A stretch of DNA of 63,923 nucleotides, the filler included, from Reclinomonas americana ATCC 50394 (taxonomy: Eukaryota), in the NCBI GenBank assembly GCA_048213135.1. It is 18 parts of 18 records of this genome, joined end to end, with 100 filler letters (N's around TTAATTAATTAA, not from the genome) between each part and the next. Parts side by side here need not be neighbours in the genome. Positions count along the whole stretch, not along the records: positions 1 to 3,419 come from AFZH01016900.1; positions 3,520 to 7,110 come from AFZH01016903.1; positions 7,211 to 19,586 come from AFZH01016904.1; 15 more parts are not named here. One strand, 5' to 3'. Below are positions 1-10,600 of this stretch, in pieces; the first letter of the stretch is position 1, and each line of letters starts with the position of its first letter. The position numbers were made by a program, and so were the translations under genes. A model generated the notes under the pieces. That model saw only the letters and a program-made list of their open reading frames with translations. It ran no database searches and was not told where the DNA came from.

Positions 1-59
1 GGGAAAGGGGAAGAGAGAGAAAGGAAAGGAGATGATGAATAGAGAATGGGTGAGAGAGA

Positions 60-95
<36 letters not shown>

Positions 96-102
96 ACGAA
101 AC

Positions 103-3100
103 ATTGCGCATGGTCAACGTGGGCGTGGTGGCGCCGAGAGTCAGGTCGTCCGTCAGCAGATTGAATGTGCCCGAGAGCAGCATAGGGCCGACGGCAGGGA
201 GACGGATCTTTTCGACTCCATTGATCATGAACACCAGGTTGTCAATGGGGCTGGTGGAGCCTGTGTGGGTGGGTGGGCGGGAAGGGTGATGAGCACACAA
301 TCTCTCATTTGAGTATCTCCTCTCGCTCGCGGGGCGTACCTGTGCGTTGCGCAAACATGCCCGTGTTCTGGTTCGACTCAAAGGCGTAACCGAGGTTGTC
401 GGTGGTCGTAGTCGTGGGAATACCGACCGACACACGCGTGCCGCCCGTCACTTCCAGCGAGGCGACGGGCGTGGTCGACGAACCAACGCGCAGCTTGCCC
501 ACCACAGTACCGCTGCCCGTGGCGTAGTAGGTGCCGGTGATGTTGAGCGCGGTGGCAAACGTCGAGCCAATGGTCAGACGCGGCGTGCTGTCCACCGACA
601 GGTACAGTGGAGTGCCGTCGGCAGTGGTGCCTGTGCAAGAGAGATGAGAGGCGGCTGGCAACAAAATAGAGTGCTTGTGTGCACAAACCTCCCGCAAAGA
701 GACCCGTGTCGCCATTAATGTCAAAGGCGTAGCCGGCGGGTGGAGAGCCCGAGTTGCCGGCGACTGTGCCTTGGCTGACGCGGATGCCGCCAAAGACGCG
801 CAGGAGTGAGTTCACGCTTGAGCTGCCGATGGATACTGCGCCCGAGGTGACCGACATGCCGGCGTTGCCAATGGTGACGCCACCAGTGAACGCGTTGTCG
901 CCATTCACTGCAGAGAAGGGCGATGGGTGAGAAGGGGGAAGGGAGAGGAGAAGAAGGGAAGGGGAAGGGAGAGGGAGAAGAAGGGAAGGGGGAGGGAGAA
1001 TGGAGAAGGAAGGGAAGGGGAAGGGAGAAGGGGAGTGGAGAGGGCAAGGCAATGGAAGGGATCAGTGAATACAAGAAGGAGAAAGGAAGCAACGATGAGA
1101 AAAGAGCAAGTGAGACGGTGAGGGATGCGAACGAGAAAAACGGGAATTAGACAAGCGAGAGAGAGCGAGTGGTCAAGCGAGAAAATGGTTGGATCAGTGA
1201 TTTTGACATGTAATGAAACCAAAGCAAGGGGCCAAGGAATGTAAGTAGGTGACAGTACTCTCATGAGTGAGTGAGAGAGAGAGTGAGAGAGAAGAGAAGT
1301 CAGTTGTCCGCACGCAACATTGAATGGTGCTCCCGCTCTGCACCAGGGCATTCAGGCTGTTGATTTGCACATTGCCGCGCACATCCAGCGACGAGAACAC
1401 CACAGCGGCCTCCGACAACGACGCCGGCAGCACGAGGCGCTTGTTGGCAGAGGTGTAAAAGGACATGATTTGTGGAGTCGTCGTCTGCTGCAGCTGGCGT
1501 CCGCCCGCCGACGACGGCGTCACAAACGGATGCCGCAAGGCGGCAGACTCGATTTCCTCGCCCGCCTCCTCTGCGTCGTAGCCATGCTCCAAATCGAGCG
1601 CCTGGTCGCCTCCATCGCTGCGCGCCGACGACGACGCACCAGCGGGAATGGAGGAATCAAAGAGACGACGACGCTTGGCGCCCGCGCGGCGAGCCGACAG
1701 TGACGACGGCACAGGCGGATAACCGAATGGTGTCGACGTGGATGACACCGTGGTGGTGGTGGAGAAAATGCCCGTGCCGTCGACTCCTTGCGAGCCGAAC
1801 ACGATACCGATATCCTTGGTACTCGTTGTGGGTTCGCCTGAAGACACACGCAAACCGCCAGCGACGGCGACGGAGCGATCGGCGTTGCACGTGTTGAAGC
1901 CGACCGTGGAAGTACTACTTGTGCTATTCGTACAGATGACGCCTGGAGAGGGGGAAAGATGAGGGGAAAACAGGCGAAGAGGAGACAACCGGGGTCGACG
2001 TGCTCACCATTTTTTACAACAAGATCACCGCCAATGACGGCATCGCCGCCCGTTGACACCGTGCCGGCGACAGCCACATTGTTTTTCATCTGCATGTTGA
2101 TGATTGTCAGCTCATGTCTCGCTCACAGGAATGACACATGCATTGCACTCGCCTTTAGAACAAAATACGTAATAAGGAACGCTCCGAGCAGGAGCACGAC
2201 GAGCGAGATGATGATGACCCAGATCAAGCACACTTGCTTGCGACTCTTGGAGTACGTGTACTTGACGTGCTCGTCCACCTGCGTCGAGCGAGAGTGAGAA
2301 GAGGCTGTCGCTCCCTTTCTTTCCTCTTTTCCTCATTTGTGTCGTACCTTTTCAATGCTGCGTAACCTCGGCGCCGGCGGCAACGGCAGCCGCGGCGGCG
2401 GGGCAATGGCACGACCAGTGCGTGGAGTGGACAACGAGGGTCCGGTGCCCGACAGGGGCTTGAGCAGCGGAATCGGTCGCGCGTCAAACGTCGGTGCGGG
2501 ATCATCCAAAACTGTAATGGCGGTGGCCGGGCGCGAGGGGAACATCAAATCGCGCTGGAAGCCAAGGCCGCCGGAACTGGCACTGCCGCGGTACGGGCCC
2601 GCCATGCTCAACTAGGCACAAGAACACAAAGGGGAAGGGTCAGTGGTGGGTGAAGAAGAAGGAGGCGGGAAATTGTGACTCAACACTGCTGGGTCCTCCC
2701 ATGTACCGCGTGAGGGCGCCACCACGTGGCGTCGACATGTCAAACTCAATGTCGGTGACTCCCGCCGCCGACATGTTGCTGCGTGTTCCGTACCCACTGA
2801 CACTGCTACCGGTCGACGACTCGTCATCGGGCTCCATAATCGACATTTGGTGCTGCACGCTGCGCGTCGACATGTCCAACTCGCGCGGAGTGGCGTACGT
2901 GTCGAGTGGGCGTGGCGATTGTGGGTAGGCGCGTGGTGAACCGCCTCCGTCGCGCGGAGTGGGCGACATGTAGCCACTCAGGGGATTGGTCAGTGGCGGG
3001 GGTGGAGGTGGTGGCGGTGGCAGGCCCTGTGGGGTGGTGGTGAGAAGGGGGGAAGGGGAATGAGGAGGGGGGTGCTGACGAAACTGTGGGTGTGGAGGCT

Positions 3101-3182
3101 CCAAATGGTGGTGCAAAACCGGAGCCGAGGGGGATGCCGCTGCCAGAGGCGCTGCCGGGGGCGCGGGCGGAGAGGAAGCGCA
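103..3182 (-). CDS. Type II membrane protein: Pro/Ser-rich N-terminus, one TM helix, ectodomain with phage tail-fibre-like beta repeats (partial at both ends)
   Basis: At least 9 exons joined by GT/GC-AG introns (donors at 3084, 2684, 2347, 2152, 2007, 1318, ~688, ~339, 102). TM segment VCLIWVIIISLVVLLLGAFLITYFVL at ~2153-2235. Repeats such as GYAFDINGDTGLF...LYLSVDSTPRLTI and GYAFESNQNTGMF...LVFMINGVEKIRL. Confidence 0.7.
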
Positions 3183-3370
3183 CTGCGGGGAGGGGGTGAG
3201 AAGGGAAAGGGGTGAGAAGGGAAAGGGGAAGGGGAGGAAGGGGGAAAGGAACACATCCTGCAGAAAGGACAAGGCACGCGGGCAGAAAGGAGCAAGAGCA
3301 GAACAAATGAAGCGGGGATTCGCTGGTGGAGCGGAGACGAGGAAAGAAATTGCTTCTTCGTGACAAACAA

Positions 3371-3419
<49 letters not shown>

Positions 3420-3628
3420 NNNNNNNNNNNNNNNNNNNNNNNNNNNNNNNNNNNNNNNNNNNNTTAATTAATTAANNNNNNNNNNNNNNNNNNNNNNNNN
3501 NNNNNNNNNNNNNNNNNNNCCGACTCGTAACGACGGACGTAGTGTCGGTGGTCGGTCGTAGTCGTCGTTCGTTCGTCGTCGGTACTCGTCGTCGGTCGGG
3601 GAAGTAGTCGATCGTCTCGCTCTCTCTC

Positions 3629-3669
<41 letters not shown>

Positions 3670-3675
3670 TCGCAG

Positions 3676-4974
3676 CACTCACTCGATTGTGATGCAGGCA
3701 CAGCGCGTCGCGTACGGGACCACCTCTCACCTCCACGTATTCTCGGTGCTCTTCGACCCACTGGAGATCGACACCGAGAACACGCTTGTCATCAATCTTG
3801 ACGAGTGCGAGGACAGCTCCGTCCATGCCATGGTCTTTTCTCCCTTCAACCCCGACGTGCTCATCGTTGAGAGAGAAGAGACCAACTATTACGATGACTC
3901 AGAAGCCTGGTACTGCAACACGTTTGCGTGGAGACTTCCGCCGCTCACGTATCCTGGTTGCTGCTCGATCGTGACACCACCACCGGAGGTTGTGTGTCGC
4001 TTCTGCACATCCAGCTGGGAGAAGCGGATTGACGCCAGCTGGTGTGTCTACCTCGACGGGCGATCGAGCAGCAACTGCTTCTTCGTCGACAAAGCGGACC
4101 TCGCATCGTTCGTGTCGAAGATTGTGGGCTCGACGATGCTTCCCCGCGACGAGGGCGGAGAAGAAGAGAGACGCGTGTACATGTCGTCAATACGTACGGT
4201 ACAAGGCAAGCAAGTGGTGCAGTCGGCATGGCTGTCGGCGACGACTGGCGAAGTACAACCACTGGGGCGGCCACTTGGTGGCCCAGTTAATGTTGCTGGC
4301 ACTGTCAGCGAGGCAGTTTCACCGAGTGGAGCGCTTGTGGCTTCTCGGCTCAGAGAGCGTTCCACCAAGCTTTGTTTGTGGGCTGTTGCCGATGGCTCTC
4401 TACAGAGAACATTCGACAAGGTCGACGCGTCGTACGACGGCAATAACATCGAATTCTCTCACTGCGGGCGCTTCTTATTGCTGCACAACGGACCCAGGGC
4501 AGGTACGCCCTTGTCGATATTAATTGCTCTCTGCGTTTCCTGCTCACTGATGTGTTGGTGAGCCCTTTTAGGCAACACCGTAAACCTGGTGGATACGGTG
4601 AGCGGCGAAAGCAATCGCCTAGACATCTCCGACAGGCACGAGTATGTCGCCTTTCTCCACGACAACCGTGTCGTGGTCCTCTCGTCGAACTCCGTCGCAA
4701 TCAGGTGTACGATAGTGTCAGGTGTGGTGGCACTTGCTCACCTCTCCCTGGCTGCTTAATTCATGCACTGATCGCTCGCTTCTTGCGAACAGGACCGTGG
4801 TGCGAAATCCGATGGCTGGCGCAGGAGGTTGACGCGGTCCGGCATGCACTGGCCTGCGTGAGCGCAATGGAATGCGGAGAAGATGATGGGGACGGCGAGC
4901 CGCTTCCATCGTTTGTGTTGCGCAACTTTCTCGCGGAGGACTGGCAGGTTGAGCTGCAGCGGGCGCAGATGTGA
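3676..4974 (+). CDS. Divergent beta-propeller-like protein, paralogue A (5' end lost in gap)
   Basis: Exons 3676-4502, ~4572-4721 and ~4793-4974. WD-like motifs AMVFSPFNPDVLIV, AVSPSGALVAS...LCLWAVADGSLQRTF and IEFSHCGRFLLL. Near-duplicate of 5462-6818. Confidence 0.7.
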
Positions 4975-5324
4975 TGCTCGCTGCGGGACCGGCAGCACGC
5001 AACGTTTCATCTCGTCCCTGCGCCGTGGGTTGAGCTGTCGACACTGACGGCTGGCTGTGGTGGACAGAAGCACGTCGCTGTGACGCTTGAGTGGGGGGCC
5101 GTGCTTAACAACCTCCGTGATCGTGAGTGAATATAAACCACCATGTACTTCCATCATGGTCATCGCAGGTATTTGCGCGTTCCGGTGTCTACTGTTGCTG
5201 TTATGTGAACGCCACACAGCATTACTGCTTCGCAGATCCTGTCAATCCCGTCCGCGTCCGCCGGATTTGCATCTTTTCCTCTCTCCTCCGTACGCACGCA
5301 CACACCGCCCTCTGTCATGTGGCA

Positions 5325-6818
5325 ATGCTCGAAAACCGTCCAGTGCACTGGCAACTACTACATCCAAGCGATGTGCGTGTCGGATGTTGTCTCCTTGCCT
5401 GGTTCTTGTCGTCGGGTGAGTATGCATGCATTCTGCTCTCTCTGTGTCTCATCGCTTGCAGCACTCACTCGATTGATGCAGGCACAGCGCGTCGCGTTCG
5501 CGACTGACTCTCGCCTCCACGTATTCTCGGTGCTTTTCGACCCACTGGAGATCGACAACGCACAGACACTCGTCATCGATCTTGGAAACTTCAGCAGGAG
5601 CTCATTCCATGCCTTGGCCTTCTCCCCCTTCAACCCCGACGTGCTCATCGTTGAGAGAGAAGTGGCCACCTTCCACTTTGGCACGGATGCCTGGTATGAC
5701 TACACGGGTGTGACGGCGTGGAGACTTCCGCCGCTCACGTATCCTGGTTGCTGCTCGATCGTGACACCACCACCGGAGGTGGTGGGTCGCTTCGACACAT
5801 CCAGCTGGGAGAAGCGGATTGACGCCAGCTGCAGTGTCTACATCAACGGGCAATCGAGCAGCAACTGCTTCTCCGTCGACGAAGCAGAACTTGCGTCGTT
5901 CACGTCGGAGATTGTGGGCTCGACGATGCTCCCCGGCAGTGGTGGCGGAGAAGAAGAGAGACGCATGTTCATGTCGTCAATACGTACGGTACAAGGCAAG
6001 AAAGTAGTTCAGTCGGCATGGCTGTCGGCGACTACCGGCGAAGTGCAGCTATTGGGGCAGCGTGTCAAGGAAGTTGCCGGCACTTTCGACGTCGTCAGGG
6101 AGGCAGTTTCACCGAGTGGAGCGCTTGTGGCTTCTCGGCTCAGAGCGCGTTCCACCACCAAGCTTTGTTTGTGGGCTATCGCCGATGGTTCTCTGCAGAG
6201 GACATTCGATGAGATCGACGCGTCGTGCGATGACATGAACATGTACATCGAGTTCTCACGTTGTGGGCGCTTCTTATTGGTGCACAACGTACGCTGTGCA
6301 GGTACGCCATTGTCGATATTAATTGCTCTCTGCGTTTCCTGCTCACTGATTTGTCGGTTTTCCGGGCCCCGGGCCCTGCAGGTCACCGCAATGTTTATAC
6401 CGTGAACATGATGGAGACGGTTAGTGGCGAGTGGAATCACCTGAAAGTCACCAACAAAGCCGAGCATGTTGCTTTTCTCCACGACAACCGTGTCGTGGTC
6501 CTCGACTCGCAATCGAGCGACAGATCCGGATCCGGAATGACGTGTACCGTTCTGTCAGGTGTGGTGGCACTTGCTTGCCTCTTCGCAGTGCTGCGGCTGC
6601 GAATCATGTATTAATCGCCCGCTTGCTGCGACACAGGACCATGGTGTGGAATCCAATGGCTGGCGCAGGAGGTTGACGCGGTCCGGCATGCGCTGGCCTG
6701 CGTGAGCGCAATGGAATGCGGAGAAGATGATGGGGACGGCGAGCCGCTTCCATCGTTTGTGTTGCGCAACTTTCTTATGGAGGACTGGCAGGTTGAGCTG
6801 CAGCGTGCGCAGATGTGA
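5325..6818 (+). CDS. Divergent beta-propeller-like protein, paralogue B (start uncertain)
   Basis: Same exon/intron layout and C-terminus (…VLRNFLMEDWQVELQRAQM*) as paralogue A. Donors G|GTGAGT near 5416, G|GTACGC at 6302, G|GTGTGG at 6559. Confidence 0.7.
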
Positions 6819-7251
6819 TGGTGCGAGAGACCACCTGCTGCTGATCACCTTTGGCGGGCTCGTTTGATGATGGATGATGGACTCGATGGCCGATGAGGGA
6901 TGGCTGCTTGTCCATGAGGGATGGTTTCATGGTTGGTCGATTAAACACTTCATGCATCCATCGTCGACATGCGCAGCAGCAGCAGGTGGTGTCCCACATC
7001 GGCGCATGCATCCACTTTGCAAATCGGACATGTCCGATCGCGATATCAAGAAAAAAGCCCTTCTCCACCCACTCGCTCTCGCAGCGACCCATCCTCTCTC
7101 TCTCTCTCTCNNNNNNNNNNNNNNNNNNNNNNNNNNNNNNNNNNNNNNNNNNNNTTAATTAATTAANNNNNNNNNNNNNNNNNNNNNNNNNNNNNNNNNN
7201 NNNNNNNNNNGTCGTCTCTCTCTCTCTCTCTCTCGTCGTCTCTCTCTCGTC

Positions 7252-7457
<206 letters not shown>

Positions 7458-7635
7458 TATCACCATCATCTCTCACCCTCCCCACCCTGCACAACTTCAA
7501 CTTGGCCGGTGAGTCGCGCGAGCGAATGTCCGGAATTTGCCTCGCGGCTCCCAACTCAAATTTTTGCGCGCACAACGCACAACGCGCCCCTCGTCCCTCT
7601 CCGTGCGTGTGTGCGTGTGTCAGGTGATCAAGAGG

Positions 7636-10600
7636 ATGGCGAGCGACGACGTCACCTCGCCCACACTCGATGGTTTGTCACCACCACCACACCAAGAGAC
7701 AAGAGAGAGTCACTCTCATCACTCTCACTCTCCCACTCACACACAGAGAGCTTCTACCTGCTCTTCACCTACTACTCCGGCCCCAAAGGCCACGGCAACG
7801 AACTGAGCTCCACCTCCACTACCACCGCCGCCTCCTCCGCCTCCAAGAAACCCGCCCTGCCCAAGTCGCCTCCACCCCGCCTCCCGCCCAAGCTGAAACC
7901 GGGCGAGCAAGGCGGAGGCGTGCAGCGCGCCGCCGCCCGCGGTGTCCTGTGGCGCGGCGGCTGCTTTGCCCTGCGACGTGACGAGCTGGCGATGCTGCGC
8001 CGCGGAGGGCACGTACCGAGCAGCAGTAAGAAGAAGCAGAAGAAGAAGAAGCTGAAGAAGACGACACCGACAAAAGCTAAGCAGGGAAAGCAGGGCCAAC
8101 GTCGGGATAACGCCGATGGCGAGGGAGGTGACGGTGTCGATGTCGACTCGGAGGGAGATGACGACGACGACGATGATCCTGAGGATGAGGAGGGTGAGAG
8201 TGACGCGGAAGATTTCGATGATGGTGACGACGATGGTGATGATGATGAGTGGGGCGAGGACGACATGCCGGCGGTGCACATGCTGGAGGCGGAGATGATT
8301 GATGTGCTGGAGTCACAGCGTTTGTATTTTGGCGCGTTTCGGCAGCTGGTGCGCGACATGGGAGTGCAGCCGGAGCATTACTCGTCGTTGACGTTGCACA
8401 AGCTGTTTAGCACGTGCTCGGGAGTGGAAGATATGTGAGAGGGAGGGAGGGGGGAGGGCGAGAGGGAGAAGAGAAGCTTTCCTGATATTTTGTCACGTTT
8501 TGCACTCCCTCTTGATCCTCGCGCTCTTTCTCTCAGCACAACACTCATGCCGCCACGTCTTCTATTCGTGCCTCATGTGTCTTCCTCAGTCTGTGTACTG
8601 GTCGTCATCCCTTGTTCATCGCGCCCTTTCTCTCAGCGCAACACTCATGCGACCACATCTCCTATTCGTGCCTAGTATGCACTCCTCACATCGATGCTCA
8701 GTCGTCGTCTGTTGGCTCTGCATCTTCTCGCCCCCTGTGTGTCTTCCCTTCGCAATGCCGCTGTTGATGTCCTTGACAAAGATCTGTTCTCAACTGTATC
8801 ACCCTCGCTCCAAGACTGTCTTTTCGTGCTCCTCGTCGTTTGGCACTCCGCGTACGACTTTCTGCACTCTTTCCATATCCAATCTGTATCGCGCTTTGCC
8901 CTCTCCTTCCGCACGCTGACTGTCGTGTTTCTTCCCTCCCCTCGCACGCGGCTCGCCATTCATCACCTTTGAGGAGCTGTGCGTGGCCATTGAGCAAATT
9001 GTCGACGACTTCCTGCCGCACTTTGCGTCGCCAGCCACTCGCTGGCTCTTTGTGCACCGCGAAAAGGTGGTACCGCTGCTCACACAACACAAGGTAACAA
9101 CAGCCTCACGTCCCTCTCCTCTCTCCTGCTTGCTCACACTCTCGATCGGCGTGCAGGGTGGCGAAGCGTACATTTACCAGCAGCCGAAGCGACCAGACGA
9201 GTTGGACCAGCCGAATGTTCTCGGCGTCTTCAGCATGTACGAGCCGGCGCTGCTCAAGGTGCCTTGATTATCTTTCATTGCCTTCAGCATCCACTTGCCT
9301 CTCCTCACACTCCTTGGCAGATGTTCCTGCACTTTGCATGCATGTTTGACGAGGATCGCGGTCAAAATCCAGACGGCGACGAGCTGATGAACGAGGAAGA
9401 GTTTCTCGAGTCGCTCAGCGTCTTTGGCGTGGTGCCAAAGGAGCTGACGGCAAAGGATGCGCATCGAGTTGCGTCTTCTTCTCAGATTATGTGTCTCAGT
9501 TTCTCTCTCTTTCTCTTCATTGTCTCTCCGTCCCTCTGTCTCTCTCGCCCCTCTCCGCTGTCACGCAAACACTGTCTCGTTCACTGTTTCTCCCTCTCTG
9601 TCTCTGTCTCTCTCAGACTCTTTTCCTTTCTCTTTTTCCTCTCTCTCTGCCTTTTTTCTTCTCTCCCTCGTCCTCTTCCTCATTTCTTCTTCCTCTCTAT
9701 CTCTCTCTCTCGTTCCATTTCCTCGCTCCATCTTTGCATTCTCACTCTCGTTTTTTTGTTTTCTCTGTCCCTCTGCCTCTCTCTGCCTCTCTCTCTCTCT
9801 CTCTCCCTTCTTCCCTCTCTCCCCCTCTCCCTCCCTCCCCCCTCCCCCCTCCCTCCCTCCTTCTCCTTCCCCTTCTCACCTCCCTTCCCTGTCTACAGGT
9901 GTTCGAGGCCGTCAATGTGGGCGAGGTGGCCGACGCCAACCTCAGCGACCTCGATTTCGGCGAGTTCCAAGAGTGCCTCGGTCGCATCGCACTCATTATC
10001 TTCTCGCGGCCGATGTACGCCGACTCGCACCGCACACCGATGGACAAGGTGTGCGCGCTGTTGGATCACATGGATACCGCGTACTTGCGTCTCTTCGACA
10101 TTACCATGCAACAAGAGATCGCCCGTGCGAAGCGTCAGACCGTGGCCGTCGATCGCGAGATTGACGTGCGTGTGTCGCTGGCCGAGTACAGTTGCGGAGG
10201 GGGAGGCAGAAGGGAGGAGGGGGAATGAGAAGAAGAGAGTGGGATAGCATGCTGTCCCCAAGGCAGTCCGCAAGTGTTTTTTCATGGTTTGTACTCGGTT
10301 ACTCTCTCACTTCTTTCAATAACCCCTGCCGCATTTCTCTCCCTCCTGTTATTCTGCTCCCTTTCTCATTCGCCACGTACCATGCCCAACAGTGGCGGAG
10401 GGATTTGGTGAGCGAGGACAGCAGAGAGCAGGGAGAATGAGAAGTGACAACTTGCTCTGTCATGTGTGCTCCACTGTTATCGCTTCTCATACCTTCCGTT
10501 TCTCCCACCACTTCTTTGTCTCTCCTTTCTCCCCCTGCTTCTCCTCTTCCTCTCCCTTTCGCCACTTATCATACCCTATAGTTGCGGGGTGGGTGGGCGA

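Noticed and set aside
3464..3475. TTAATTAATTAA palindrome repeated 17 times
   Set aside because: Always centred in a 100-nt N spacer. It is an artificial six-frame stop linker, not a repeat, CRISPR or IES boundary.
9468..9474. GTTGCGT introns as U12-type introns or introner elements
   Set aside because: They lack the GTATCCTT donor and TCCTTAAC branch site, and intron bodies share no evident similarity beyond the donor. The single G|GTATCC donor near 19995 continues TGT and has an ordinary CTGAC branch motif.
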